A stretch of DNA of 64,000 bases from contig CAWAUV010000009.1 of the NCBI GenBank assembly GCA_963785305.1, positions 32,001 through 96,000 on the forward strand, given 5' to 3'. The notes beneath the pieces were generated by a model. That model had not been told where the DNA came from. It did not search any database and saw only the letters and a list, made by a program, of their open reading frames with translations. A program made the translations under genes and the position numbers. The number at the start of each line of letters is the position of its first letter. Position 1 is the first letter of the stretch. Below, piece after piece: positions 1-10,830 of this stretch. The stretch is from an uncultured Planctomycetaceae bacterium. Its GTDB lineage: Bacteria; Planctomycetota; Planctomycetia; Pirellulales; PALSA-1355.

Positions 1-1241
1 GCCATGAGCTTCGAGTGGGTAAAGTTCAGTTGCTCGCCACGAATCTCCCAGAGCCCGTGGTCGGGGCGCCGCCAGGCTTTTTCGAGAAACTCGAGCACCC
101 CGAGTTCCACGCGCCAGGAGTCGCCGCCGCCGGAATGGACCTCGTGGCGGCGGCATTCGTAGAGCAGTTGCAGCACTTCGCCGTAGACATCGAGCTGAAA
201 CTGCTCCGACGCGGCGTTGCCGATATGCACCGGCCGCGAGCCTTCGTAGCCCTCGAGCCAGTCAAGCGACTGCTCCGAGAGCCGGTGCTCGCCGGTGACG
301 CTGTAGAGAATCTGCAAGTCGGCCGGGTTGCCGGCCACGGCCCTGAGGAGCCAGTTTCTCCATGCCGCGGCTTCATCCTCGTAGCCAGCCAGCAAGAGGG
401 CCAAAAGGGTGAAGGTCGCGTCGCGCAGCCAGCAGTAGCGGTAGTCCCAATTGCGAACTCCACCGATCGACTCCGGCAGCGACGAGGTGGGCGCCGCCAC
501 CATGCCGCCGGTGGGATCGTACATCAGCGCGCGGAGCGTGATGAGCGACCGCACGACCGGCCCGCGCCAGGGGCCTTCATATTGGCAGCGGCCGGCCCAT
601 TCAAGCCACCACTTTTCGGTGGCCCGCACCGCGTCGGTCGCCAGGCGCGGCGTGGGCGGTTCTTCGTGCGAGGGGCTCCAGGTGAGAGAAAACGGAATCT
701 CCTCGCCCGCGCGGACCGTGAACTCGGCGATGGTCATCATTCCCTCGCCGCGCGTCGCGACCGGTGTGCGCAGGACGAGCGTGTCGGGTCCGGCGGTGGC
801 TCTCACGGCGTGATCGAATTGCCGGACCCAAGGCAAGATCGAGCCATAGTCGAAGCGAATGACCAGTTCCATGCGCATCGACGCGGCGCCGCGCCGCCCA
901 ACGACAATCCGCGTCACCTCCGGATGCGTCGCGCGGAGCGGCATGCAGTCGACGAGCGTCACCGCGCCTTCGGCCGTTTCGAATTCCGTCTCGAGCACCA
1001 GCGTGTCGCCGCGATATTGGCGCCGGGTGGCCGTGATCTCGCCCACGGGCGCGATTCGCCAGTAGCCGTTTTCCGATGTGCCCAACAGCTTGGCGAAGCA
1101 CGCGCCCGAATCGAAGCGGGGCAGACAAAGCCAGTCGATCGACCCGTCGCGACCGACGAGCGCCGCAGTCTCGCAGTCGCCGATCATGCCGTAGTCTTCG
1201 ATCTTCAAGGTTTTCGCGGCCTGGGGGCGGGGCGCGGTCAT
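1..1241 (-). CDS. Glycoside hydrolase family 15 (glucoamylase/trehalase-like), runs off the window edge
   Basis: Manual translation from ATG 1241: MTAPRPQAAKTLKIEDYGMIGDCETAALVGRDGSIDWLCLPRFDSGACFAKLLG..., later WDYRYCWLRDA and QLDVYGEV, typical of GH15. Absent from the ORF track because no stop lies within the window. Confidence 0.92.
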   Translation of the reverse strand, partial: MTAPRPQAAKTLKIEDYGMIGDCETAALVGRDGSIDWLCLPRFDSGACFAKLLGTSENGYWRIAPVGEITATRRQYRGDTLVLETEFETAEGAVTLVDCMPLRATHPEVTRIVVGRRGAASMRMELVIRFDYGSILPWVRQFDHAVRATAGPDTLVLRTPVATRGEGMMTIAEFTVRAGEEIPFSLTWSPSHEEPPTPRLATDAVRATEKWWLEWAGRCQYEGPWRGPVVRSLITLRALMYDPTGGMVAAPTSSLPESIGGVRNWDYRYCWLRDATFTLLALLLAGYEDEAAAWRNWLLRAVAGNPADLQILYSVTGEHRLSEQSLDWLEGYEGSRPVHIGNAASEQFQLDVYGEVLQLLYECRRHEVHSGGGDSWRVELGVLEFLEKAWRRPDHGLWEIRGEQLNFTHSKLM

Positions 1242-1309
1242 GAGCGTCTGCGCGGGCTTGGGGGGCGATAACCGTGAACTTCAGGAGAAGCGCGGGACGC
1301 CCCGAGGGT

Positions 1310-1534
1310 TTAGCCTTCGTACTTCTCGGCCTTGCGTTCCTTGTCGAGCCGGGTGTCGAGTCGGCACACGACGAGCAACCCCAGGCCGATCGAAAGCACG
1401 ACGAGCGCGTAGGGCAGGATATAGCTCTTGTTGGCGTTGGGCGTCGGATCCGCGGCCAACGCCGCGTGCCAGGGCGCCAGCCATGCCGCCAGCGCGGCGA
1501 GCGCGACGCGGTTCGCCACCAGTCGTGGCGACAC
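1310..1534 (-). CDS. Small membrane protein, hypothetical
   Basis: Signal-like N-terminus, then KSYILPYALVVLSIGLGLLVVCR TM helix and a charged tail. Start codon uncertain. Confidence 0.6.
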   Translation of the reverse strand: MSPRLVANRVALAALAAWLAPWHAALAADPTPNANKSYILPYALVVLSIGLGLLVVCRLDTRLDKERKAEKYEG

Positions 1535-1683
1535 GCCTCGTTTATGTTCGCCCAAATGGCAATCGTTCATAAAAACCTCGATAGTCCGGTAGACGCCAAC
1601 GTTTCGGGCATTTTACCCACGCGACGCCACGCGACCGATCTCCGAAAAAAAATGCCTCGCAATAGCGTCTTCACGGCGCGTCT

Positions 1684-2376
1684 TCACGGCGCGTCGGCCG
1701 GCGCTTGGGGATCGAAACCTGTCAGGGGATCGAAACCAAAATCATCGAACCCGTCGTAAGCGCTGGCTCCCAAGGACCCGAGCGACGCTACCGCCGGAGC
1801 CGCGGCGCTCGGCGGATCGGCGGCGCTCGGCGGATCGGCGCTCGCAAAAGCCTCGAACGGCCGCGCCCGAGCGCGAAACACGCTGGCCCGAATCGCCACG
1901 GTGTCCCAACGGCGCGACAGCGGTCGCCAGAGCCGAGCATAGTCGACGAACCGCATGGCGACAAACCCATACAGTCGACCGCGAAACGCAAAGAGCGACT
2001 CGGCCGCCACCGGCGACCGATCCCCCAGCACATCGTAGGCGAAGACATAAAGTCCGCCAAATTGCGGCCCGAACAGTCGCTCCCAATGGGCCATGCTCGC
2101 CAGATCGTCGCGAGTGAGCCAGTTTTTCCAGTAACGCTTTTGCTGGCCCGAGGGGAAGCGGCGCCCCTTCACATCGACCAGCCAGCGCGGCGAATCGCCG
2201 GTCCCGGAGAGGCCACGCGAGGCAACGCCACCCGGCGAGACGATGAAATCGAGGCTCTTGAGCGAGCCATCGGCCAGGGGGCTCCGCCGGGCTTCATCGA
2301 CCGCCACATAGGGAGTGCGGCGCCGCTGCAAGTAGGCTTCAAACGCCCGTTCATAATGGTTGTCGCGCTTGGCCAT
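1684..2376 (-). CDS. HYExAFE family protein (putative PD-(D/E)xK nuclease fold)
   Basis: N-terminus MAKRDNHYERAFEAYLQRRRTPYVAVDEARRS matches the family name motif. SLDFIV...LVDVKGRRF resembles D...(D/E)xK. Confidence 0.88.
   Translation of the reverse strand: MAKRDNHYERAFEAYLQRRRTPYVAVDEARRSPLADGSLKSLDFIVSPGGVASRGLSGTGDSPRWLVDVKGRRFPSGQQKRYWKNWLTRDDLASMAHWERLFGPQFGGLYVFAYDVLGDRSPVAAESLFAFRGRLYGFVAMRFVDYARLWRPLSRRWDTVAIRASVFRARARPFEAFASADPPSAADPPSAAAPAVASLGSLGASAYDGFDDFGFDPLTGFDPQAPADAP
1804..1839. repeat. 18-bp tandem repeat x2 (GGCGCTCGGCGGATCGGC) encoding ADPPSA repeats in the HYExAFE tail
   Basis: Two exact adjacent copies. Confidence 0.85.
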
Positions 2377-2514
2377 CGCGAGCGAAAGCTCCCATTCCAT
2401 GTGGCAATCGAGCGGCGCGAGCGAAAAAAGCGCCGCCGCCATTGTATCGCCTCGGCCCTCTCTCGGCCGGCGGATTTTTTGCGAAATTCCGCGCTTTTTT
2501 CGCGCGAATTCTGG

Positions 2515-2904
2515 TCAGTCCTCGGGCCCGATCCGGCGCAAGATCGCCCAAAACGGCGGCAGATAGATACAGTCGGCGAAAAACACCACGACCAGGAAAA
2601 AGGGCGGCAACGCGCCGCGGGCCACGGTATACACCGCCAGGGCCGTGCCGAGCAGTTTGCTCCAAAACCCCAAAACGAGCAGATTTCGATTCCGCCAGGG
2701 ATCGCCCGCCACTAGATGGTAGCCCACGCCGAACAGCCCGACGAGCAGCCCCACCAATTGCACCGGCAGCACCAACTTCGGCCGCTCCAGGCCCGCGATT
2801 TTGAACGCCTCGTGGTAAAAGACCAGCATCACGAGTCCGGCCAGCAGGTTATATGTGCCGGCAAACCGCAGGAGCCACCACATCCAGGGTCGGAGCGTTT
2901 TCAT
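2515..2904 (-). CDS. Hypothetical membrane protein (about 4 TM)
   Basis: 129-aa hydrophobic ORF (WLLRFAGTYNLLAG, VGLFGVGYHLVAGDPWRNRNLLVLGFWSKLLG). Confidence 0.8.
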   Translation of the reverse strand: MKTLRPWMWWLLRFAGTYNLLAGLVMLVFYHEAFKIAGLERPKLVLPVQLVGLLVGLFGVGYHLVAGDPWRNRNLLVLGFWSKLLGTALAVYTVARGALPPFFLVVVFFADCIYLPPFWAILRRIGPED

Positions 2905-3299
2905 GGTCTTCTCGCGCGAGGGGGGAAGGGGGCCGACCGTCGTGGCGGCGGCGCCAAACCCGCTTGTGTCGCCAGACCACGCAAATATACTAAGAGCCGA
3001 TATCGGCGCCGCCGAATTTACCCATTTATTTCGGCGCCGCCGACGTGCTCATTTTTTCGGCGTCGCCGAAGCGCCTATTTTTCCGGATTTCCGCGATTTT
3101 GCGATTTGCCGCCCGCCAGCCGGTCGAAAAGCTATTCTTATCTTGAGAGGGGGCGTTCTCCACTCGCGGCGACGGGAGACGCTTTCATTTTCGATCCTGG
3201 GGCCGCAATCCCGCCCAGCGCGCCGCATCCCGCGTCCGCCCCGCCGGGTCGGCGATCGGCAGCCCATGCAACTCAAGACGCGACATCCACGGAGCCCTC

Positions 3300-3482
3300 A
3301 TGCCCAAAGCGCTTGTCATTTCCGGGATCGTCGTCGCGAGCTTGATCCTGCTGCTGTTCGGTCTCGATCTGGCGGTGAAGTGGCCGTTTGACCAAGCCAG
3401 CAAACTGATGGACATCATGTCCGTCATCTGCGCTTCGATCCTCGGCTATCTGAGCTGGAACGCGCTGCGAGATTTGCGTTGA
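3300..3482 (+). CDS. Small 2-TM membrane protein, hypothetical
   Basis: 60 aa with two hydrophobic helices and GGAG upstream of the ATG. Confidence 0.8.
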   Translation: MPKALVISGIVVASLILLLFGLDLAVKWPFDQASKLMDIMSVICASILGYLSWNALRDLR

Positions 3483-3499
3483 AACGCCGTGCGCGAAAT

Positions 3500-4290
3500 T
3501 CAAGCGGCTGGTCGCCATTGGGTCGAGCGCGTGCGTCGCAGTTCGCCCAGGCGAGACGTGGCGCCGGCGATCGTCGCGATATCCAGCGAGCCCGCGTCGC
3601 GGAGCGCGGCCGCTTCGGCGAATAGCCGCTCAAGCCCCCAAGAGCCGATGCGGCCGGCCTGGGCAAGTTTCAGGCCATCGATCATCAGATGATAGGCGTC
3701 GCCGCGGCGCGCCGCGGCGCGCAATCCGCGCCGCGCGGCGCCAGCCGGCCGCCACCCGGCCACCAGCGCATCTCGCCCGGCAACACGATCGAAGGCCACA
3801 TCAACCACAGCCCGGCGTAGAGGCTTTGCGGTTGATTGAATTCATGGCGACCACGCGCCGCCGATTCGGGTCCCCGGACCGCGGTGATTCCGTTGGCGAC
3901 GACTAGGTTGAGATGGGCGTCGAGGTGGACGTTGCGGAGCGCGAGCGTCGACACCGCGATGCCCGCGGATCGCGCATGGCGCAGCCGACGATCCAGCTCG
4001 CGACCGAAACGGGAGCGGCCCGCGCTCGCGCCCACCCAAGCCGCGTCGCCGAGCACCGCGATCTCATGGCCGCCGGCGGCGGTCAGTTTCTCGGTCGCCG
4101 CCGATTCCGCCGGATCGGCCACGGCCCAGGTCGCCGGCAGCCCGCTCCGGGTCAGCATTTCGAGCAGTCGTCCGGCCACGCGATCGAGCGCCAGTTGATC
4201 ACGCGTCCCGCTGTGTTGGGCATCGAGCTCGATATCGATCGAAATGGCCAAGAGGCCGGGTCGCGAGGGGGTGCTCATGGGGATGTTCAT
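3500..4290 (-). CDS. Polysaccharide deacetylase-like (NodB-fold) protein, frameshifted near 3745
   Basis: LAISIDIELD...LPATWAV...GHEIAV in ORF 3685-4353 continues into ...GDAYHLMIDGLKL...LERLF in ORF 3500-3808. Confidence 0.6.
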
Positions 4291-4572
4291 CCGCTCATGG
4301 TTCGCCGGACGTTCTCGGGGGGGGGGGCGGAACGCGAACGGCGGTTGGGGCATTTGCCGGGCGGGGAATGTCGCGACGGCGATTTCTGGCGCCGCCGCGC
4401 GGGTCTAGCTTTTCTTCTCGACCTGGCGCCGCGCGAAAATCGACATTTTGCCGGTGGGATGGGCGCCGGCTGCACAGGCCATTCATCTCCGCGCTTGCCG
4501 ATCGCTAAAACCACGCGCCAAGTCCGCGAAGCCGACCGCCGCGGCAAAGGCGATCGTGCGTGTTCGAGCCGC

Positions 4573-5535
4573 TCAGCTCCGCACGGGCATTCCGGCCAAT
4601 ACGGCCAAGCCCCGCGGCCGCACCCGGAACACTAGCGGCGGATCGAGCCGCGCGACTTCGCCATCGATCGCCACGGCGAGCCGCCGCCGCGAGGAATCGA
4701 CGACCATTTCGCTCGGATACGAGACATGGAAATCGTGGCCCGGGCGAAGTCGACCCACGAGCCCACGCATCGCCAGCCACAAGATGCCGGCCCGCGAGGT
4801 GCGCTTGGCCACATGCAGGCTCAGCTCGCCGGCCTCGAGCGTCGGCCGGGCTCCAAGCGAGGGGAGCGAAAGCTCATAGCGATTGTTGCCCACGAAAATC
4901 AGCGGCGTTTCGATCTCGCCCTCTTCGAGCAAATTCGTTTCCGACAAAGCACCGCCGAGCGAACCGCCATCGCCCTGGTTCGAGGACGCGCTGGAGTTGA
5001 CCCGAATCTTCAGCAGCGGCGGGTTGCGGAATATCCGCAGCGCCGCGACTCCCATCGCCAGCCATTTTTGCCGTTTCCAGCGCATGCGTTGCTCGTCGCG
5101 ATCTTGCACCATCGCCGGGTAGATGCCGATCGAGGCGTTGTTGATGAATACTCGGCCGTTGACTTCGCCGATATCGATCCGCCGCACTTGCCGAGCGGCG
5201 ATCACTCGGGCGGCCGCCCTTAGGTCGAACGGTATCCCCAGGTCGCGGGCAAAATGGTTGAGCGTGCCGCGGGGCAGAACCCCTAGCGGAATGTCGCCGC
5301 CAGCCAAGGCCGCCGCCACGGAGCTGATCGTGCCATCGCCGCCGGCCGCCACGACCGCGTCGACCTGCATCTCGGCCGCATTCTTGGCGGCGCTCGGCAA
5401 CATGGCGGGCGGCGTCGGCCACAGCTCGGCGATGAGTCCGGCGCCGACGGCCGCCGTGCGAACGGCTTCAATCGTGCGATTGTGTTCGAGCTCGTTGCGG
5501 CGGCTGAGCGCGTTGAGGAGGATGATGACTTTCAC
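4573..5535 (-). CDS. Diacylglycerol/lipid kinase family protein
   Basis: AAGGDGT, PLGVLPRGTLNHFARDLG and IDGE motifs. Start overlaps the cobA stop (GTGA). Confidence 0.92.
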   Translation of the reverse strand: MKVIILLNALSRRNELEHNRTIEAVRTAAVGAGLIAELWPTPPAMLPSAAKNAAEMQVDAVVAAGGDGTISSVAAALAGGDIPLGVLPRGTLNHFARDLGIPFDLRAAARVIAARQVRRIDIGEVNGRVFINNASIGIYPAMVQDRDEQRMRWKRQKWLAMGVAALRIFRNPPLLKIRVNSSASSNQGDGGSLGGALSETNLLEEGEIETPLIFVGNNRYELSLPSLGARPTLEAGELSLHVAKRTSRAGILWLAMRGLVGRLRPGHDFHVSYPSEMVVDSSRRRLAVAIDGEVARLDPPLVFRVRPRGLAVLAGMPVRS

Positions 5536-7103
5536 CGGATCGCCGCCACCAGTCCGGCCATTGTGTACTCGGCGGCCTCGGCGGCCGGCTCGTGGCCCAA
5601 TTCGCGCAATGTTTCGCTCGTAATCGGACTGATGCTCGCCAGTCTCGCTAGCCGCAAGGAATCGCCAAACAGCCGCGCGAGCGAACGGGCGATCGCCGAA
5701 CTGCTGACCGTCACCCAGTCGATCTGGCCAGCCGCGAGCGCGGCGACCACCTCGGGCCGGGCTCGCTCCACATCGCGACTTTCATAGGTCACGACCTGCG
5801 TGACCAGGGCGCCTGCGGCTCGAAGCGCTTCGGCCAAAACCTCGCGCCCGCGACTGGCCCGCACCAAGAGACAGCGGCGCCCCGCCGCCCGCGGACCCAG
5901 CGCGGCCGCGAGGCTTTCGGCGCGAAATGTCTCGGGCGCCAGATCGATCCGCAAGCGATACTCGGCCACCGCCGCCGCCGTGGCCGGGCCGATCGCCGCC
6001 AGCCGCGCTTGACCCAGCCGCCGCACGTCGGCGCCGCCCGCGCACACACGATCGAGAAACGCCCTTGCTCCGGTGGCGCTCGAGAACACGATCCAATCCA
6101 TTTGGCCCGCGCCGGCGATCGCCGCGTCCAAGGCCCGCGGATCGGGCGTCGGATGAATTTCGATTGCCGGTTGCACCAGCACCTCGGCGCCCAATTCCGT
6201 GAGCTCGCGGCACAACGTGTCCGGCTCGCCGACTTCTCGGAGTGGACCGGCGGAAAACGCGCGGGACAGATCAGGCCGCGTGGTCAGCACCCGGATTCCG
6301 AAGAGCCGCCGACTCGTGAACCAAGTGGACGCCGCGCTCCCCGCCACGTCGCCCACGATCGCCAGCGCCGGCGGACGCAATCGCAGTTGCTCGATCCGAT
6401 CGACCACGGCGTCGAGCCGCGTAAGTTCGACCGACTGGTCGGGCCACGAACAGCGGCGGACCAAGGCCACGGGCGTCTCCGCCGGTTTGCCATGCCGCAT
6501 GAGCGCGGGCGCCCAGTGGCGGGCCGCGGTGACACCCATATAGAAAACGAGCGTGCCGGGAAAAACGGCCAACGCGGCGAAATCGAGCGAGGCGGTTCCC
6601 TTTCCATCGCGCTCGCGGCCGGCCACGAACGCCACGCCCGAAGCCAGCTCGCCATGCGTGAGCGGAATGCCGGCGTAGCTGCCCAGCGCCAGCGCGGTGG
6701 TCACGCCGGGAGTGACTTCATACGACACGCCGGCCGCGGCGAGCGCCGCGGTCTCATCGGCGAGTCGGCCAAACACGGCGGGGTCGCCGCCCTTGAGCCG
6801 GCAGACCACGCGCCCGGCGCGCGCCTCCTCGATCATCCGCCGATTGACTTCGGCCTGGGGCATGATGCGATCGTGGGAGGTCGGCGCGGCGCTGCTTCGA
6901 TCGGCGCCGTGCCGACCGAGGCAAACCAGCCGCGCATCGCGACGCGCGTGCGCCAAAATCGCGGAATTCACCAGATAGTCGTAGAGCACGACATCGGCGC
7001 GGGCCAAGCATTCGCGGCCGCGAAGCGTGAGCAGCCCGGGATCGCCCGGGCCGGCGCCCACCAGATAGACCTTGCCGGTGGCTCGGGGGGGCGAATCGAT
7101 CAT
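5532..7103 (-). CDS. cobA: Uroporphyrinogen-III C-methyltransferase / uroporphyrinogen-III synthase fusion
   Basis: VYLVGAGPGDPGLLTLRG and RLKGGDPAVFGR in the N-terminal domain. C-terminal HemD domain (WIVFSS, AIGPAT, SISPITS). Confidence 0.95.
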   Translation of the reverse strand: MIDSPPRATGKVYLVGAGPGDPGLLTLRGRECLARADVVLYDYLVNSAILAHARRDARLVCLGRHGADRSSAAPTSHDRIMPQAEVNRRMIEEARAGRVVCRLKGGDPAVFGRLADETAALAAAGVSYEVTPGVTTALALGSYAGIPLTHGELASGVAFVAGRERDGKGTASLDFAALAVFPGTLVFYMGVTAARHWAPALMRHGKPAETPVALVRRCSWPDQSVELTRLDAVVDRIEQLRLRPPALAIVGDVAGSAASTWFTSRRLFGIRVLTTRPDLSRAFSAGPLREVGEPDTLCRELTELGAEVLVQPAIEIHPTPDPRALDAAIAGAGQMDWIVFSSATGARAFLDRVCAGGADVRRLGQARLAAIGPATAAAVAEYRLRIDLAPETFRAESLAAALGPRAAGRRCLLVRASRGREVLAEALRAAGALVTQVVTYESRDVERARPEVVAALAAGQIDWVTVSSSAIARSLARLFGDSLRLARLASISPITSETLRELGHEPAAEAAEYTMAGLVAAIR

Positions 7104-7128
7104 GAAATCCCTCGGCCAGGAGAATCAC

Positions 7129-8578
7129 TTACCGCCACGAGGGGCAAACATCATGCCATTGCCGGCCGTCCATCGCCATCCACACGCTCGATGCGATCGG
7201 CCCCCATTCGCCCGGCTCATAACCATGCAGCTCCGGTTGGCGCGAGGCTTGCCAAGCATTGATGATCGGATCGATCACGCCCCAGGCCAGCTCGACCTCA
7301 TCGGCTCGGGCAAACAGGCTCGCGTCGCCGTTGAAAACATCGAGCAGCAGCCGCTGATACGCCTCGGGCATCACGCCATGAAACTCCTTGCAAAACTCGA
7401 AGTCGAGGCCGGTCATTTGCAGCTGCATGCCGGCGTCGGGCGTTTTCGTGAGAAACTCGATGCGAATGCCCTCGGCCGGCTGCACTTGAATCACCAGCCG
7501 ATTCGCTTCGCTGTTGCCGCGGCTCGCGCGAAACATCATATGCGGCGGGTTGCGGAACTGGATCACGATCTGCGTCGTGCGACACGACATATTCTTCCCG
7601 CTCCGCAGATAAAACGGCACGCCTTGCCACCGCCAGTTGTCGACCGCCAGCTTGATCGCGGCAAACGTGGCGGTTTGGCTGTCGCTGGCCACATCGGGCT
7701 CCTGGCGATAGCCGCTATATTGGCCGCGGAGCGTTTCCTTGGCCACGGCCGCCGCGTCGAGCGGACGGATGGCTTCGAGCACTTTGACTTTTTCGTCGCG
7801 CACCTGGTTCGCCTGATAGCGCACCGGGGCTTCCATCGCCACGACCATCAGCAGTTGGAGCAGATGGTTTTGGAACATGTCGCGCAGCACGCCCGAGTGA
7901 TCGTAATAGCCGCCGCGGCGCCCGACCGGCACCTCCTCGGCCACCGTGATCTGCACATGGTCGATATAGTTGCGATTCCAGATCGGCTCGAAAATCGTGT
8001 TGGCGAAGCGGAGCACGAGAATATTCTGCACCGTTTCCTTGCCGAGATAGTGGTCGATGCGGTAGACCTGCTCCTCGCGAAAAACCTCGTGCGTGGCGGC
8101 GTTGCAGCGCGTGGGCGCTTTTGCGATCGACGCCAAACGGCTTTTCGATCACCACTCGCCGCTTGCCACACGCTTCGTCGGCCAGCCCGCTCGCGCCCAG
8201 GTGTTCGATCGCCGCCCCATAAAACCGTGGCGCGGTGGCGAGGTAATACACGCGATCACCCGGCGCGTTTTTCTCGATGGTTTTCAAACGCGCCGCGAGC
8301 GCATTGAAATCGTCGAGCTTGTCGATATCGCCGGGTTGATAGTAAATGTTCGCGGCGAACTGGCGCCAGACATCGTGGTCGAAGGCGCCATCGGAAAACT
8401 TCTTCGTGGTTTCCGCGAGCGACTTGCGCCAAGCGTCGTCGGAGAAGTCGGTTCGCGCCACGCCCACAACCCGCGTGCCCTCGGGCAAGCGGCCCTTGAG
8501 ACGCAGTTGATAGAGCGCCGGAATCAGCTTGCGGCTCGTAAGATCGCCGGAAGCGCCGAAGATGACAATCGTGGGCAT
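7129..8578 (-). CDS. zwf: Glucose-6-phosphate 1-dehydrogenase (frameshift near 8105)
   Basis: IFGASGDLTSRKLIPAL and IEKPFG in one frame; RIDHYLGKE, RDMFQNHLLQ and GVPFYLRSGK in the next frame. Confidence 0.95.
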
Positions 8579-8685
8579 GTGCGTCTCTTCCTCCCTGACC
8601 GCCGGTTTTCAAGACACGCCGCGAAAGGATGCCGCGCACGTGGGGGCGGCGCTGACTCGCGAGCGGCGGCAATGGTTCGAATCCA

Positions 8686-10125
8686 CTATTTCGGCGCCCG
8701 CCGCAGGCCCAGCCAATCGGAATGAAACGTGCCCGGCTTGTCGACGCGCTGGTAGGTGTGCGCGCCGAAATAGTCGCGCTGGGCTTGGAGCAGATTGGCT
8801 GGCAATCGCGCTTGGCGGTAGCCATCGTAATAGGCCAAGGCCGCCATGAAAGCCGGCGACGGAATCCCATGCGTGGCCGCCGTGGCCACCACTTCCCGCC
8901 AAGCCGACTGCGCCTTTTGCACCGCGGCGCTGAAGTACGGCGCGAGCAACAGATTTTCGAGGTTTCGGTCCGCGTCGAACGCCTCCTTGATTCGGTCGAG
9001 GAACCGGGCGCGAATAATGCACCCGCCGCGCCAGAGCATGGCGATATTGCCGTAGTCGAGCGGCCAGTCGTGTTCCTTGGCGGCGGCTTGCAACTGGACG
9101 AAGCCCTGGGCATAGCTGCAAATCTTCGAGGCATAGAGCGCCTGCCTGACCGCTTCGATGAATGTCTTGCGATCGCCGGTGAATTCGACTTCGGGCCCGG
9201 TGAGCGACTTGCTGGCCCGCATGCGCGGTTCCTTGAGCGCCGAGAGGCACCGCGCATAAACCGCTTCGGTCACCAGCGTGCTGGGCACACCCAAGTCGAG
9301 CGCCAGTTGGCTCATCCATTTGCCGGTTCCCTTGGCGCCGGCGGCGTCGAGAATGGCGTCGACCAAGCTGCCGCTTCCGTCGGGGTCTTTCACGCTGAAA
9401 ATATCGCGCGTGATTTCGATCAGGTAGCTATCCAGTTCGCCACGATTCCAGGTATCGAAGATTTCGCAAAGCTCGTCGTTCGACGCGCCGATCGCCTGCT
9501 TCAAAAGGAAGTAGGCTTCGCAAATGAGCTGCATGTCGCCGTATTCGATGCCGTTGTGAACCATCTTCACATAATGGCCGGCGCCGCGCGGGCCGACCCA
9601 TTCACAGCAGGGGATATCGTGGTTCGGGCCGACCTTGGCCGCGATCGCTTGAAAGATCGGCTTCACCAGCGGCCATGCTTTTTCGCTGCCGCCGGGCATG
9701 ATGCTCGGGCCATGCAGCGCGCCTTCCTCGCCGCCCGACACGCCGGTTCCCAGAAAGAGAAACCCCTTTTTCTCCACCTCGACGGTGCGACGTTCGGTGT
9801 CGCTGTAGAGCGTGTTGCCGCCATCGATCAGCACATCGCCCGGCGAGAGCAGCGGGGACAATTGTTCGATGAGCGCGTCGACCGCCGGGCCGGCCTTGAC
9901 CATGAGCATGATCTTGCGCGGGGTGGCGATCGCCTTGACGAACTCTTCGAGCGAGTGGCAGCCGACGAATTTCTTGCCCTTGGCCCGGCCAGCCATGAGC
10001 GCGTCGACCACGCTGGTGGTGCGATTGTACACGGCGATCCGGTAGCCCCGGCTCTCGATATTGAGGGCCAGATTCTCACCCATCACGGCCAAACCGATCA
10101 AACCAATATCACAAAGCTGCGTCAT
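8686..10125 (-). CDS. gndA: NADP-dependent 6-phosphogluconate dehydrogenase
   Basis: IGLAVMGENLALN, VKMVHNGIEYGDMQ, QAQRDYFGAHTY. Confidence 0.98.
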   Translation of the reverse strand: MTQLCDIGLIGLAVMGENLALNIESRGYRIAVYNRTTSVVDALMAGRAKGKKFVGCHSLEEFVKAIATPRKIMLMVKAGPAVDALIEQLSPLLSPGDVLIDGGNTLYSDTERRTVEVEKKGFLFLGTGVSGGEEGALHGPSIMPGGSEKAWPLVKPIFQAIAAKVGPNHDIPCCEWVGPRGAGHYVKMVHNGIEYGDMQLICEAYFLLKQAIGASNDELCEIFDTWNRGELDSYLIEITRDIFSVKDPDGSGSLVDAILDAAGAKGTGKWMSQLALDLGVPSTLVTEAVYARCLSALKEPRMRASKSLTGPEVEFTGDRKTFIEAVRQALYASKICSYAQGFVQLQAAAKEHDWPLDYGNIAMLWRGGCIIRARFLDRIKEAFDADRNLENLLLAPYFSAAVQKAQSAWREVVATAATHGIPSPAFMAALAYYDGYRQARLPANLLQAQRDYFGAHTYQRVDKPGTFHSDWLGLRRAPK

Positions 10126-10390
10126 CGGGAATTCTCTTTGTCAGACGAAGGGTTCTCATTGTGGCGGGCGGCCGGAATCGCCCGCGTGCCGCCATCGACA
10201 CGCCCGTCCCCCGGGGCGTCGACGCCATTCCAATCGCGGAAAGATCGAAATCCTAACAGGGCCGCCCCCGGCGAGCAACCTGGGCGGCGAACACGAATGC
10301 ACTTGCGGGTAAGCGGATCTGGTTGGACAGCGCCGAGTCCGTGCTTTTCGCTCTCGCGAGCCGCGAGCACGAACGATTAGAATACCGGAC

Positions 10391-10768
10391 ATGCGATTTT
10401 CTCTTCGAACGATGCTTTTGGCCCTGGCGTTTATTGCAATTACGCTGGCGGCGTACCGCGTTGGTTGGTGGGCGACGTACGAGCTTGCCGGTCTGCCTCA
10501 ACTGTGGTTCACCGCAACCACATTCGATCACACGGTGTCGATGTTCGAGTGTCTTTGGATGTGGCTGCCATTGCTCTTTATCGCGTTTGCCGCGGGCGCC
10601 AAGCGGCTGACGATTCCGATGCTCATTGCTTTCGCGTTTTGCGAGTGCGGCGCAATCGGCATGTTGCCGATTGAGCACCGATTCCAGCAAAGCATCTATT
10701 CCGACGCGGCGCCTCCGGTGGCTAACCCACGAGGTTTCCGATCCAGGGTTTTTCGCTTTCGTTGCTGA
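10391..10768 (+). CDS. Hypothetical membrane protein with MRFSLRTMLL leader
   Basis: 125-aa hydrophobic ORF; the RFSLRT-type leader is common in planctomycete hypothetical proteins. Confidence 0.65.
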   Translation: MRFSLRTMLLALAFIAITLAAYRVGWWATYELAGLPQLWFTATTFDHTVSMFECLWMWLPLLFIAFAAGAKRLTIPMLIAFAFCECGAIGMLPIEHRFQQSIYSDAAPPVANPRGFRSRVFRFRC

Positions 10769-10830
10769 TGGCGATTCACGGATCTCGCAATTCCGCCGCT
10801 TGTTCCTGATGGTAGCGGAAAAAAACGCCA

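Noticed and set aside
15..1271. Long antisense or alternative-frame ORFs (e.g. 15-1271, 8722-10380, 15657-17732, 27361-28956, 61015-62136)
   Set aside because: These are shadow ORFs of recognisable genes on the opposite strand, expected in high-GC DNA, and show no family motifs.
8674..8684. GGTTCGAATCC tRNA T-loop-like motif
   Set aside because: The T-stem is imperfect, there are no convincing D, anticodon or acceptor arms, and the 3' part would overlap the gnd stop.
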